From the NCBI RefSeq assembly GCF_964059055.1, contig NZ_OZ060386.1, forward strand, positions 527,063-559,062: a DNA stretch of 32,000 nucleotides, written 5' to 3'. A program made the position numbers and the translations under genes. The stretch comes from Buchnera aphidicola (Neophyllaphis podocarpi) (lineage in GTDB: Bacteria > Pseudomonadota > Gammaproteobacteria > Enterobacterales > Enterobacteriaceae). A model generated the notes under the pieces. It saw nothing but the letters and a program-made list of their open reading frames with translations. It did no database searches and was not told where the DNA came from. Positions 1 to 9,897 of this stretch are shown piece after piece (the stretch's first letter is position 1; the number at the start of each line of letters is the position of its first letter).

Positions 1-404
1 TAATTAGTCGCATATATTAAATTTTCACATGAAATAATATTTAAAGGATGAAAATTTTTTTTATTACTTCTTAAAATTAAACCTTTTGCAATTATTAAGG
101 ATATATCCTTTAAGACATTAACTCCAACAGAAGTGGTAATCAAATCTACCTCACCTATTAATGATATAACTTTTATATCATTACTATGAACAACATTTAT
201 TCCTCTAATTTCTTTTGTAATTAATCTCTTACCTAATTCATTAACTAGATATTTTTTTTCTAAACTTAAAATTTTTAATATATTTTCATCTATATCTGCA
301 AAATATACAACAAAATTAGATTTAATTAATAATTGACCTATAAAACCTAATCCAATATTGCCGGCTCCAAAGTGTAAAGCTTTTAATTTTTGTATTTTAG
401 ACAA
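1..404 (-). CDS. mtlD: Mannitol-1-phosphate 5-dehydrogenase, N-terminal part (3' end runs off the window start)
   Basis: This ORF is not in the ORF track because it has no stop codon in the window. My reverse-strand translation from TTG at 404 (AAGAGG lies 6 nt upstream) reads LSKIQKLKALHFGAGNIGLGFIGQLLIKSNFVVYFADID...PLNIISCENLIYATN with no stops. It matches the E. coli MtlD N-terminus (MKALHFGAGNIGRGFIG...PLNIIACENM). It lies directly downstream of mtlA, as in the mtlAD operon. Confidence 0.85.
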   Translation of the reverse strand, partial: MSKIQKLKALHFGAGNIGLGFIGQLLIKSNFVVYFADIDENILKILSLEKKYLVNELGKRLITKEIRGINVVHSNDIKVISLIGEVDLITTSVGVNVLKDISLIIAKGLILRSNKKNFHPLNIISCENLIYATN

Positions 405-444
405 GAAACACCTCTTTATATAAATAAAAAACAAAATAATACTA

Positions 445-2391
445 TTACAAAGATAAAATTTCTAGCACTCTATTATAATCTTTAGTATTAGATAACTCTT
501 TAATAATATTTTCGTCATCTAATGCATTAGTAAGACTACTAACAACCATAACATGTTCATTATTACGTGCGGCAATACCAATAACTAAATGTGCAATATC
601 ATCAATATTTTCTCCAAATTGAACTCCTTTAGGAAACTGACAAAAAATTATTCCAGTATTTAATACCTTATCTTTAGCACTAATAGTACCATGAGGCAAA
701 GCTATAGATTCACCTAACCAAGTTGGTGCAAGTTTTTCTCTTTCTAACATAGATTTTATATATTCAAATTTGACATATCCCTGTTCAAATAATTTTGAAC
801 CAACAAAATTTATAGCCTCTTCTTTATTATAAGCATATTGATTAAGAAAAATATTTTTTTTAGTTAATTTAAATAATTTTTGATTATTTACATTATTTTT
901 CATTTTAGAATTCAATTCAGTATTTGAAATAGTATCTGAATTAGATTTGTTTGTAACTTTTTGCAAATATTTAATTAAATCATCATAAAAATGATAATCT
1001 AAAAAATTATTTAACGAAAAATGCATAGCTGTAGGAACACAAGATTTAGCTTTATCAGTCAGTTTAATGTGAGTAATAACAATATCAGCATTTTTAGGTA
1101 AAACATCAATAGCTGAATAATTTACTGAAACAAATAAAGGTAATTTGGAAAGTTTAACTTTTTTATTTAAAATAGCAGCACCCATAATACTAGAACCCAT
1201 ACCAGCATCACAAGCAACAAATATTTTAATTATTTTATCTTTATTTAAGGAGTAAGAAATATTATCAATTGATTTTAATAAGTTTAAATTTTTGTTTAAA
1301 TCAGTGTTTAAGTTTAAAGAACTACCATATCCTTTGATATCTTTTTGCTTAATAGTTTTTAATAAAAAAGATGAACAAACAAAAGAAACAAAAAAAGAAA
1401 AAAAAACAGACATTAAATTAGAATAATAATAATCTTTTGGAGTCATAGCTATTATTGATAAAATAGAACCAGGGGATGCTGAAGAAATCAATCCTCCATG
1501 AAAAAATGATAAAAAAAATATACCAGTCATACTACCTAAAATCAAAGCAATAATCAATCTTGGAATTTTTAAAACATAAGGAAAATAAATTTCATGTATG
1601 CCACCAAAAAAATGAATAATAGTAGAACTATAAATTATCTTTTTATTAGAATGATAACCAAATAATAACCATGAAATTAATACACCAAGACCTGGACCAG
1701 GATTAGATTCTAAAAGAAAAAACAAAGATTTTCCTTTTTCTTGAACCTCTTGAAAACCTAAAGGAGAAAAAATTCCATGATTAATCATATTATTTAGAAA
1801 AAAAATTTTTGCTGGTTCTATAAAAATTGCTGAAAAAGGTAGTAAATTATTTTTTATAATAAAACTAATGAAATAAAATAAATATGAAGAAAAATAATTT
1901 ACAAAAGGACCTATAATGAAAAAAGATAAAATTAGAGATAAAATACTAATAATAGCAGATGAAAAATTATTAACTAGCATTTCAAAACCACTTTTTATTC
2001 TCTTTTGTATTTTCTTATCAAGTAAATAAATTAAAAATCCAGCTAATGGACCAGAAATCATAACTCCTAACAAAGCATGTATAGAACTATTACTAATAAT
2101 ACCTATAGTAGATATAGCTCCAGGTATACCACCACGATCTCCTCCGATTAAGCGTCCTCCTGTATAACCAATTAATATAGGTAGTAAATAAGAAGAAATA
2201 GGAAATATTAATTCTGACAGATATTTATTTGGTATCCAGCCATAAGGCATGAATAATGAATTTATTAAACCTAAAGCAATAAAGATACTAATATTAGGCA
2301 TAATCATATTACTTAAAAATTTGCCTAATTTTTGTATATTAGTTTTCAAAAAAGATAAATTAAAAAATGATTTTTTAGTATTAGTAAACAT
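445..2391 (-). CDS. mtlA: PTS mannitol-specific EIICBA component
   Basis: The 648-aa ORF is collinear with E. coli MtlA (637 aa). Shared motifs include GKFLSNMIMPNI, YLLPILIGYTGG, IKSGFEMLVNNFS and HGIFSPLG. The EIIB cysteine motif (VACDAGMGSS) and the EIIA histidine motif (GESIALPHGT) are both present. Confidence 0.95.
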   Translation of the reverse strand: MFTNTKKSFFNLSFLKTNIQKLGKFLSNMIMPNISIFIALGLINSLFMPYGWIPNKYLSELIFPISSYLLPILIGYTGGRLIGGDRGGIPGAISTIGIISNSSIHALLGVMISGPLAGFLIYLLDKKIQKRIKSGFEMLVNNFSSAIISILSLILSFFIIGPFVNYFSSYLFYFISFIIKNNLLPFSAIFIEPAKIFFLNNMINHGIFSPLGFQEVQEKGKSLFFLLESNPGPGLGVLISWLLFGYHSNKKIIYSSTIIHFFGGIHEIYFPYVLKIPRLIIALILGSMTGIFFLSFFHGGLISSASPGSILSIIAMTPKDYYYSNLMSVFFSFFVSFVCSSFLLKTIKQKDIKGYGSSLNLNTDLNKNLNLLKSIDNISYSLNKDKIIKIFVACDAGMGSSIMGAAILNKKVKLSKLPLFVSVNYSAIDVLPKNADIVITHIKLTDKAKSCVPTAMHFSLNNFLDYHFYDDLIKYLQKVTNKSNSDTISNTELNSKMKNNVNNQKLFKLTKKNIFLNQYAYNKEEAINFVGSKLFEQGYVKFEYIKSMLEREKLAPTWLGESIALPHGTISAKDKVLNTGIIFCQFPKGVQFGENIDDIAHLVIGIAARNNEHVMVVSSLTNALDDENIIKELSNTKDYNRVLEILSL

Positions 2392-2636
2392 ATTTAACTT
2401 AATCCTATAATATTTCTATAATTATACAAATAATATTGTTTTATACAATTTAAAATAAATTTCTAAATAATAAAAATAAGAATTTTGAAATTATTTTTTA
2501 AAATTAAAAATAGAAAAAACTAAAAGTCAAAAACAAATATTTTTATGAAAAATTATTCCAAGAAAATATTAAAAATAGATAAAATCTTATTCTTTATAAA
2601 ACTTATTTTAGTATCTATATAAATAAATAGATTAAT

Positions 2637-4292
2637 TTAAAAAAATTCACGCCAATTAAAATATAAATTTATTAAACCATTTGTAGAAGAATCATAGCTT
2701 TGAATTCTATTGTCTCGACAACTTTGTATCTTTAATCTTATTTGATGAGATATATTTTTACCTAATTCTACTCCCCACTGATCAAAAGTAAAAATATTTA
2801 GTATAACTCCTTGCACAAAAATTTTATGCTCATACATAGCTAATAAAGATCCTAAAGTATAAGGTGTGATTCTTTTTAATAAAATTGAGTTACTCGGTCT
2901 ATTTCCTTCAAAATATTTATAAATATACTCTCTAGAATTAATATTGTTATTACATTTTATTCTTTGTTTTTCAATAAACTTATTATATGTACCAAAAGCT
3001 AATGCTTTTGTTTGAGCGAAAAAATTAGATAATAACTTTATGTGATGATCATATATTTTATGATGACTAATTACAGGTGCAATAAAATCACATGGAATAA
3101 ATTTAGTTCCTTGATGTAGTAATTGATAAAATGCATGCTGTCCGTTTGTTCCTGAAGCTCCCCATACAATTGGTCCTGTTTGCCAAGAAGTTTTTTTTCC
3201 ATTTCTATCAATACATTTACCATTAGATTCCATATTACACTGTTGTAAATAAGAAGGAAGTCTATGCATATATTTATCATAAGGAAAAATAGCTTCAGTT
3301 TCCATTAAAAAAAAATTATTATACCATATTCCAATCATTGCTAGTATAACAGGAATATTATTTTCTAATTTAGTATTTAAAAAATGGTTATCCATATCAT
3401 GTGCACCACTTAATAAATTTAAAAAATTATGAAATCCTATAGATAAAACTATAGAAAAACCAACAGAAGACCATAAAGAATAACGACCACCTACCCAATC
3501 CCAAAATTTAAATATATTTTTAGAATCTATACCAAAATTAATTGCTTCAATTTTATTTGTAGAAATAGCTAAAAAGTGTTTTTTAATATGTTTAGTATGT
3601 ATAGCATGTTTTAAAAACCAATTTTTAATTGAATAAGCATTTGTCATAGTTTCTTCCGTAGTAAATGTTTTAGAAGAAATCAAAAACAAAGTAGTTTCTG
3701 CATTAATAACTTTAAACAATTCACATATCTCTGTACCATCAATATTAGAAATAAAATGAATATTTAAATGATTTTTATAAGGAGTTAAAGCATCAATAAC
3801 CATATTTGGACCTAAATCAGAACCACCTATTCCAATATTAACTATATCCGTAATGGATTTTCCACTATAACCCTTCCATTTACCAGTAATTATATCTTCT
3901 GAAAACAACTTCATTTTATTTAATACTTCATAAACTTCAGGCATTATATTTTTATCATTTAATATAATAGGATTATTACTCAAATTTCTTAAAGCTATAT
4001 GTAATACGGATCTATTTTCGGTAACATTTATTTTCTTACCAATAAACATAGATTTTATAGCATCTTCTAAAAATACTTCTTTAGCTAAAGATAACAATTT
4101 ATTAATAGTTTTATAAGTAACTCTATTTTTTGAATAATCAAATAGTATTTGATTATTAAAAATTTTAGAAAAGTTTTTAAAACGATCTTTATCTAAATTA
4201 AATAAATCTGAAAGATGAACATTTTTAATTTCTTTAAAATGATTTTCTAAAGATTTCCATGCATTAGTCAATGTTGGATTAATATTTTTCAT
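2637..4292 (-). CDS. pgi: Glucose-6-phosphate isomerase
   Basis: The 551-aa ORF has the typical Pgi N-terminus ([15 protein letters not shown]) and the conserved blocks [18 protein letters not shown] and [10 protein letters not shown]. Confidence 0.95.
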   Translation of the reverse strand: MKNINPTLTNAWKSLENHFKEIKNVHLSDLFNLDKDRFKNFSKIFNNQILFDYSKNRVTYKTINKLLSLAKEVFLEDAIKSMFIGKKINVTENRSVLHIALRNLSNNPIILNDKNIMPEVYEVLNKMKLFSEDIITGKWKGYSGKSITDIVNIGIGGSDLGPNMVIDALTPYKNHLNIHFISNIDGTEICELFKVINAETTLFLISSKTFTTEETMTNAYSIKNWFLKHAIHTKHIKKHFLAISTNKIEAINFGIDSKNIFKFWDWVGGRYSLWSSVGFSIVLSIGFHNFLNLLSGAHDMDNHFLNTKLENNIPVILAMIGIWYNNFFLMETEAIFPYDKYMHRLPSYLQQCNMESNGKCIDRNGKKTSWQTGPIVWGASGTNGQHAFYQLLHQGTKFIPCDFIAPVISHHKIYDHHIKLLSNFFAQTKALAFGTYNKFIEKQRIKCNNNINSREYIYKYFEGNRPSNSILLKRITPYTLGSLLAMYEHKIFVQGVILNIFTFDQWGVELGKNISHQIRLKIQSCRDNRIQSYDSSTNGLINLYFNWREFF

Positions 4293-4348
4293 AAGTTTTA
4301 CCCAAAAAAAAATATATACATAATTTATCTAAATATAAACTTGATAAA

Positions 4349-5221
4349 TTATTTATATTTATCATCTAATAAATAACACATCGCAGATCCAAATTTAGTT
4401 CTACTACCAACTTTCAAATTTTCTAAAAATTTAACTTTATTAGAAGGAAATAAATTAATTATTGTAGAGCCTATATTAAAATAACCTATTTCTTGACCTT
4501 TAAATAAATTTGCAAATTCTTTATTTTCATTCCAATGCCAAGTTGTAATTGTTTTATTACTAAAAGATGTAATCTTATCTAACCAAATTGTTTTAATAGA
4601 TCTAATAAATGCAGAACCAATAAAAATATTAACTATAGACCCAAAGTTAGTTTCAAATACACAAATAATTCTTTCATTATTAGTAAATAAGTTAGGAGTA
4701 TTATTTGATGAAAATTTATTAAAAATATCAAAATTACTAGGAACATAAATTATTTTTTTTAATAATCCTTGATAAGGCATATATACTCTATGACAATCAC
4801 CAGGAGAAAGATGTATGTTAATAAAACTACCTTTATAAAACATGTATGATAGTTCAGAATTACCAGCCAATAAAGATTCTAAAGAATAAAAGTTATCTTT
4901 AGCTTGAAAAATTTGATCTTTATTTATTCTTCCTATTTGATTAATAATACCATCTGAGGGGAAAGTTAATATATTATTATTAAAATCTACAGGCCTAAAT
5001 TTTTTATCTAATAAACGAATAAAAAAATCGTTAAACGTTTTATAATTAGATATATTATTATTTTTAGATTCAAAAATATTTATTTTATAAAACCAAACAA
5101 AAAATCTTATACTTAAACTAGTAATATAACCTAATTCTTTATTTGCAAACCATACAAATAAAAAACTAAAAAATCTTTTTTGTGTTAAGTTTAAAAAAAA
5201 TAATTTAATAAAATTAAACAC
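4349..5221 (-). CDS. psd: Phosphatidylserine decarboxylase proenzyme
   Basis: The 290-aa ORF carries the Psd-type self-cleavage motif near the C-terminus (GYFNIGSTIINLF, compare E. coli LGST). HRVYMP and FNKFSSNNTPNLFTNNER-type blocks are also present. Confidence 0.9.
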   Translation of the reverse strand: MFNFIKLFFLNLTQKRFFSFLFVWFANKELGYITSLSIRFFVWFYKINIFESKNNNISNYKTFNDFFIRLLDKKFRPVDFNNNILTFPSDGIINQIGRINKDQIFQAKDNFYSLESLLAGNSELSYMFYKGSFINIHLSPGDCHRVYMPYQGLLKKIIYVPSNFDIFNKFSSNNTPNLFTNNERIICVFETNFGSIVNIFIGSAFIRSIKTIWLDKITSFSNKTITTWHWNENKEFANLFKGQEIGYFNIGSTIINLFPSNKVKFLENLKVGSRTKFGSAMCYLLDDKYK

Positions 5222-5370
5222 TTTAACTCTCCACGAATTATTTATTTAAAATATTTATAATTAGAGAAAAATAATTATAACATTATAAACTAAAAAATAT
5301 TTAAATATAAAATATTATTTAGTAATGATAATATATAAATAATTAAAATAATTTATAAAAATATTTCTAT

Positions 5371-5910
5371 ATGAATGAAGATAATTTAATTTGGATTGAC
5401 TTAGAAATGACAGGATTAAATCCAAAAAAACACTTTATTATTGAAATAGCAACGTTAATTACTGATATTAACTTGAATATTATTGCTGAAGGTCCAGTTA
5501 TTCCTATATATCAAAATAAAAAAAAATTAAAAATTATGGATAAATGGAATTATATTAATCATAATAAAAGCGGATTAATTAACAAAGTTAAAAATAGTTT
5601 ATTTAACGAATTAATAGCTGAAAAAAAAACAATATTTTTTTTAAAAAAATGGACAAAAAAACAAAAATCTCCTATGTGCGGAAATAGTATAGGAAATGAT
5701 AGAAGATTTTTAATAAAATATATGCCAAAATTAGAAAAATATTTTAAATACAGATCTATAGATGTAAGTACTATAAAAGAACTAATGATGAGATGGAAAC
5801 CGTCAGTATTCAATAAATTAAATAAAATAAACAATCATACAGCATTAAATGATATAAAAGAATCAATAAAAGAACTAAAATTCTATAAAAAATATTTTTT
5901 TAAAATTTGA
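5371..5910 (+). CDS. orn: Oligoribonuclease
   Basis: The 179-aa ORF has the DEDDh exonuclease motifs: NLIWIDLEMTGLNP at the N-terminus, CGNSIGNDRRFL, and H-x4-D near the C-terminus (HTALNDIKESI). Confidence 0.93.
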   Translation: MNEDNLIWIDLEMTGLNPKKHFIIEIATLITDINLNIIAEGPVIPIYQNKKKLKIMDKWNYINHNKSGLINKVKNSLFNELIAEKKTIFFLKKWTKKQKSPMCGNSIGNDRRFLIKYMPKLEKYFKYRSIDVSTIKELMMRWKPSVFNKLNKINNHTALNDIKESIKELKFYKKYFFKI

Positions 5911-5992
5911 ATTTTAATTAAAATTTTATATTGAAAATAGTTTAATTTTTATATACAATAATAATTATTAATATATTTATTTAAAAAAGTTA

Positions 5993-6065
5993 GCGGGAAT
6001 AGCTCAGTTGGCAGAGCGCAACCTTGCCAAGGTTGAGGTCACGAGTTCAAACCTCGTTTCCCGCT
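5993..6065 (+). tRNA. tRNA-Gly (anticodon GCC)
   Basis: I folded the cloverleaf by hand. It has acceptor gcgggaa/ttcccgc, D arm gctc..gagc, anticodon arm caacc-ttGCCaa-ggttg and T arm acgag-ttcaaac-ctcgt, with discriminator T. It is near-identical in layout to E. coli tRNA-Gly(GCC). The 3' CCA is not encoded (the next bases are caa). Confidence 0.95.
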
Positions 6066-6278
6066 CAATTAAATAAATTAATTTAAACTTTTTACAAAAT
6101 TGAATTCTTAAACTAAAAAAATTAATTTTAAAAATTTTAGAAAATATCATATTAAAAATAAAGAATTAAAAACATATCGAAAAAAACTTAAAAATTAATA
6201 TTTTAAATTAAAATGTTATTCAAAAAATAATAAATCATTCACATAAAAAATAATAAATTTTATGCTCAGTATTTAAAA

Positions 6279-6369
6279 ATATAATTAATATTAAGATCGA
6301 GTATTTATCTTTTATTTGAATTTTCTATTCAAATAAAAGATAAATACTCGATCTTAATATTAATTATAT
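6279..6369 (-). terminator. Perfect 43-bp-stem / 5-nt-loop hairpin, probable intrinsic terminator of rpmE (possibly bidirectional)
   Basis: I checked every base pair. Positions 6279..6321 are the exact reverse complement of 6327..6369, and the loop is tttct (6322..6326). On the minus strand the hairpin starts 74 nt after the rpmE stop codon and is followed by TTTT. It lies between the convergent tRNA-Gly and rpmE genes. Confidence 0.6.
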
Positions 6370-6442
6370 AATTATTTACTATTATATATTAATTTTTATA
6401 TAATAAATAAAATAATAATTTAGAATTTGATAAATTTAAATT

Positions 6443-6646
6443 TTATAAAAATTTAAATTTTTTATTAAACTTTTCAACTCTCCCTTTATTATCTAATACA
6501 CGTTGTTTTCCAGTATAAAATGGATGACATTTTGAACAAACATCTATATTTATATTACTAGAAATAGTAGAAAATATTTTTATAATATTTCCGCAGGAAC
6601 ATTTAGCTTTTACTGAAATATATTTAGGATGTATATTTTTTCTCAT
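6443..6646 (-). CDS. rpmE: 50S ribosomal protein L31 (zinc-ribbon type)
   Basis: The 67-aa ORF reads MRKNIHPKY...CSCGN...[13 protein letters not shown]...[10 protein letters not shown]. This is collinear with E. coli L31, and all four zinc-binding cysteines are retained. Confidence 0.95.
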   Translation of the reverse strand: MRKNIHPKYISVKAKCSCGNIIKIFSTISSNINIDVCSKCHPFYTGKQRVLDNKGRVEKFNKKFKFL

Positions 6647-6878
6647 AATAATTCCTCGTAGAGATTGAAAAATTTCTTTTAAAAATATATATATAATTGT
6701 TAATAATATTATATTTATGTTATAAATGATAAAATAACATTATATTATTTAAGTACATGTATTTAATAACATTATTAATTATACCAAATAAAAGAGAATA
6801 TAAAGTTGCAAAAAGATTATATAATTAAAATATCAAAAATAAAAAATAAAAAAAAAGATTAAATCTTATATATCTAGA

Positions 6879-7094
6879 ATGAATATTTGCATTATAGCAA
6901 TTGTTATTATAATTCTAATAAGTATAATGTATTATTCTTCATATAATAAAAAAATAAAGAAAAATAAAGAAAAAATACAAAATAAATTAAATAATACTAT
7001 ACCACCAAAACCAATAAACAAATGGAAATATATTGAAGAACTAAACAAAATAGATGTCTATTATAAAAATATAGATAAAATTAATAAAAAATGA
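6879..7094 (+). CDS. ftsN: Minimal FtsN-like protein: one N-terminal transmembrane helix plus the essential FtsN activation peptide, with no SPOR domain
   Basis: In the 71-aa ORF, residues 2-19 are hydrophobic (NICIIAIVIIILISIMYY). Residues 41-59, IPPKPINKWKYIEELNKID, align with E. coli FtsN 75-93, LPPKPEERWRYIKELESRQ, including W83, Y85 and L89. Its position immediately upstream of hslVU matches the E. coli ftsN-hslV-hslU order. No obvious Shine-Dalgarno sequence is present. Confidence 0.6.
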   Translation: MNICIIAIVIIILISIMYYSSYNKKIKKNKEKIQNKLNNTIPPKPINKWKYIEELNKIDVYYKNIDKINKK

Positions 7095-7138
7095 TTAATA
7101 AAAATGTTACTTTTAAATAATAAAAGGATCGCTAAACA

Positions 7139-7669
7139 GTGACAACAATATTAAGTATACGCCGTAATAAAAAAGTAGTTATTGGTGGTGATGGACAAGC
7201 TACTTTAGGTAATACTATAATGAAAAGTAGTGTGAATAAAATTAGATCTTTATGTAATGATAAAGTAATAGCAGGTTTTGCTGGAAGTACAGCAGATGCA
7301 TTTACATTATTCGAGCTTTTTGAAAAAAAGTTAAGTATGTATCAAGGGCAATTACAACGTTCAGCAATTGAATTAGCCAAAGACTGGAGAACGGACAGAA
7401 TTTTAAGAAGACTAGAAGCTTTATTAGCTGTTGCAGATAAAAAAATTTCACTGATAATATCAGGAAATGGAGATGTAATACAACCTGAAAACGATTTGAT
7501 AGCAATAGGATCAGGCGGTCCTTATGCTCAATCTTCTGCAAAAGCTTTAATAGAAAATACTAAAATGAATGCTAAAAACATTGTAATAAAATCATTAGAA
7601 ATAGCAGCAAGTATTTGTATATATACAAATAATAATTTTACCATTAAAGAATTAGCTTCAGAAAAGTAA
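7139..7669 (+). CDS. hslV: ATP-dependent protease subunit HslV
   Basis: The 176-aa ORF has a GTG start preceded by AAGGA. The N-terminus (M)TTILSIRR carries the catalytic Thr, and the protein is highly similar to E. coli HslV ([38 protein letters not shown]). Confidence 0.96.
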   Translation: MTTILSIRRNKKVVIGGDGQATLGNTIMKSSVNKIRSLCNDKVIAGFAGSTADAFTLFELFEKKLSMYQGQLQRSAIELAKDWRTDRILRRLEALLAVADKKISLIISGNGDVIQPENDLIAIGSGGPYAQSSAKALIENTKMNAKNIVIKSLEIAASICIYTNNNFTIKELASEK

Positions 7670-7680
7670 GGATTATAAAA

Positions 7681-9012
7681 ATGTCTGAAATGACTCCTGG
7701 AGAAATTGTCATAGAACTTAATAAATTTATTATAGGTCAAGAAAAAGCAAAAAAAGCAGTGGCAATTGCATTAAGAAATAGATGGAGAAGAATGCAATTA
7801 GAAGAAAATTTAAGAAATGAAATAACTCCTAAAAATATTTTAATGATAGGACCTACTGGTGTAGGAAAAACAGAAATAGCAAGAAGATTAGCTAAATTAG
7901 CTAATGCTCCTTTTATAAAAGTAGAAGCAACTAAGTTTACAGAAGTAGGATATGTAGGTAAAGAAGTAGATTCTATCATTAGAGATTTAACAGATGTAGC
8001 AATTAAGATTGTTAGAGTTCAAATTATCGAAAAAAACAAAAACTCTGTAACAGAAAGAGCTGAAGATAGGATATTAGATGTATTAATTCCTACTCCAAAA
8101 AATGATTGGGGTAAATCAGATAAAATTAAAGAACCTAAAGCAACAATTCAATCTTTTAGAAAAAAATTGAGAGAAGGTAAACTTGATAATAAAGATATTG
8201 AAATAAATGTTTCTGCTGTACCTATAGGAGTAGAAATTATGGCTCCTCCAGGAATGGAAGAAATGACAAGTCAATTACAATCTCTATTCCAAAATTTAGG
8301 AGGTAATAAAAAAACAATAAGAAAATTAAAAATTAAAGATGCTATGAAAATATTAATCGAAGAAGAAGCAATTAAACTTGTTAATCCAGAAGAACTTAAA
8401 AGAGCAGCGATAAATTCAGTAGAACAAAATGGTATAGTTTTTATTGATGAAATAGATAAAATTTGTAAAAGAAATTATTCCAATTCTACTGATGTATCAA
8501 GAGAAGGAGTTCAAAGAGATTTATTGCCTCTTGTTGAAGGTTGTACAGTATCAACTAAACATGGATTAGTTAAAACAGATCATATATTATTCATTGCATC
8601 AGGTGCTTTTCAAATATGTACGCCTTCTGATTTAATTCCTGAATTACAAGGAAGATTACCTATAAGAGTTGAATTAGAAGCATTAACTGTAAACGATTTT
8701 GAAAGAATTTTGACTGAACCAAATGCTTCTATTACAGTTCAATATAAAGCATTAATAGCAACAGAGGGAGTAAAAATTAATTTTACAGAAGATGGAATAA
8801 AAAAAATAGCTGAATCTGCATGGAAAGTTAATGAAAATATGGAAAATATAGGAGCAAGAAGATTATACACAATTTTAGAGAAGCTAATGGAAAACATATC
8901 ATTTAACGCAAATGAACTAGTAAATAAAAATGTAGTAATAGATTCTGGTTATGTAAGTAAACATTTAGATAAATTAGTATCTGATGAAGACGTAAGTAAA
9001 TTCATTTTATAG
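7681..9012 (+). CDS. hslU: ATP-dependent protease ATPase subunit HslU
   Basis: The 443-aa ORF has a Walker A motif ([15 protein letters not shown]) and a Walker B motif ([10 protein letters not shown]). It is collinear with E. coli HslU and starts 11 nt after hslV. Confidence 0.97.
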   Translation: MSEMTPGEIVIELNKFIIGQEKAKKAVAIALRNRWRRMQLEENLRNEITPKNILMIGPTGVGKTEIARRLAKLANAPFIKVEATKFTEVGYVGKEVDSIIRDLTDVAIKIVRVQIIEKNKNSVTERAEDRILDVLIPTPKNDWGKSDKIKEPKATIQSFRKKLREGKLDNKDIEINVSAVPIGVEIMAPPGMEEMTSQLQSLFQNLGGNKKTIRKLKIKDAMKILIEEEAIKLVNPEELKRAAINSVEQNGIVFIDEIDKICKRNYSNSTDVSREGVQRDLLPLVEGCTVSTKHGLVKTDHILFIASGAFQICTPSDLIPELQGRLPIRVELEALTVNDFERILTEPNASITVQYKALIATEGVKINFTEDGIKKIAESAWKVNENMENIGARRLYTILEKLMENISFNANELVNKNVVIDSGYVSKHLDKLVSDEDVSKFIL

Positions 9013-9024
9013 GATATATGATAA

Positions 9025-9059
9025 ATTCCTGTGAATTAATTATTGCAAATCACAGGAAT
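9025..9059 (+). terminator. Candidate hslVU terminator hairpin
   Basis: A 10-bp stem, attcctgtga (9025..9034) paired with tcacaggaat (9050..9059), has a 15-nt loop and starts 13 nt after the hslU stop codon. No clean T-tract follows it, so the call is weak. Confidence 0.35.
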
Positions 9060-9131
9060 AAATCTTAAGATATACCATTAAAATAAAAAATTTTTATATA
9101 TAAAATATATATAAAAAATAGGTACAAAAAT

Positions 9132-9887
9132 ATGACTAATTGGGTAAAAGCTAATATTATAAAATTAAATCAATGGAATAATAAATTATTTAGTATCATA
9201 TTGAGAGCTAACATAAATCCTTTTATAGCTGGTCAATTTACAAAACTTTGTATAAAAAACAAAAAAAGCAAAGATAAAATTCAAAGAGCATATTCATATG
9301 TCAACTCACCTAATAGTAAAAATTTGGAATTTTATATTGTATCTATTCCTAATGGAAAATTTACAAGAAAATTAATTAATATGAATTGCGATGATGAAAT
9401 TTTAATATCTAAAGAATCTGCAGGATTTTTTACATTGAATCAAATACCTTCAAGTAATTTATTGTGGATGATTGCAACAGGTACAGGTATTGGACCATAT
9501 TTATCAATATTACAGTATGGAGGAAAAGAACTAAATAAATTTAATAAAATTATATTAATATATGCAGTAAGTTATTTTAAAGATATTAGTTATTTGAATC
9601 TTATTAATAAACTAAAAACAAAATATAAAAATAAATTACATGTTGAATTTATATTAAGTAGAGAAAAAAAACCAGATATTTTGCATGGACATATTCCTCG
9701 TCTTATTACAGAAGGTTTTATAGAAGATAAGGTTGGAAATTATATAGAAAAAGAAAATAGTCATATTATGTTATGCGGAAATCCTGGAATGGTACATGAT
9801 ACTAGAAAATTTCTAGTAGAAAATAAAAATATGAGAAAAAATCTAAGAAAATTAAAAGGACATATTACTAGCGAACATTATTGGTAA
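9132..9887 (+). CDS. fpr: Ferredoxin/flavodoxin-NADP+ reductase
   Basis: The 251-aa ORF is collinear with E. coli Fpr. Shared blocks include NWV.A.I..L.QW, FIAGQFTKL, RAYSYVNSP, LEFY, MLCGNPGMV and the C-terminal TSEHYW. Confidence 0.93.
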   Translation: MTNWVKANIIKLNQWNNKLFSIILRANINPFIAGQFTKLCIKNKKSKDKIQRAYSYVNSPNSKNLEFYIVSIPNGKFTRKLINMNCDDEILISKESAGFFTLNQIPSSNLLWMIATGTGIGPYLSILQYGGKELNKFNKIILIYAVSYFKDISYLNLINKLKTKYKNKLHVEFILSREKKPDILHGHIPRLITEGFIEDKVGNYIEKENSHIMLCGNPGMVHDTRKFLVENKNMRKNLRKLKGHITSEHYW

Positions 9888-9897
9888 ATAAAAAAAT

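Noticed and set aside
3071-3280. 69-aa ORF on the minus strand, inside pgi in another frame
   Set aside because: It is fully nested in the well-supported pgi CDS and has low-complexity composition with no recognisable motif. It is a chance ORF.
5559-5834. 91-aa ORF antisense to orn
   Set aside because: It is a shadow ORF of a Lys/Asn-rich gene, because AAA and AAT codons read antisense as Phe/Ile-rich sequence without stops. It has no motifs and overlaps orn entirely.
5910-5925. 16-bp perfect palindrome aattttaattaaaatt straddling the last base of the orn stop codon
   Set aside because: It is composed only of A and T, so it is expected by chance at this base composition and would be thermodynamically weak. 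I do not call it a terminator.
6647-7138. Search for a sigma-32 heat-shock promoter (CTTGAAA...CCCCAT) or a sigma-70 promoter upstream of the ftsN-like ORF and hslV
   Set aside because: I found only partial matches. One is TTGCAA at about 6807 with a TATAAT-like hexamer only 8 nt away. Another is ttgaag inside the ORF with no C-rich -10 element. Hexamer promoter calls are not reliable at this AT content.
7302-7979. Three antisense ORFs (7302..7541, 7528..7740, 7737..7979) opposite hslV and hslU
   Set aside because: All three lie opposite highly conserved CDS. They have hydrophobic, low-complexity translations and no independent support.
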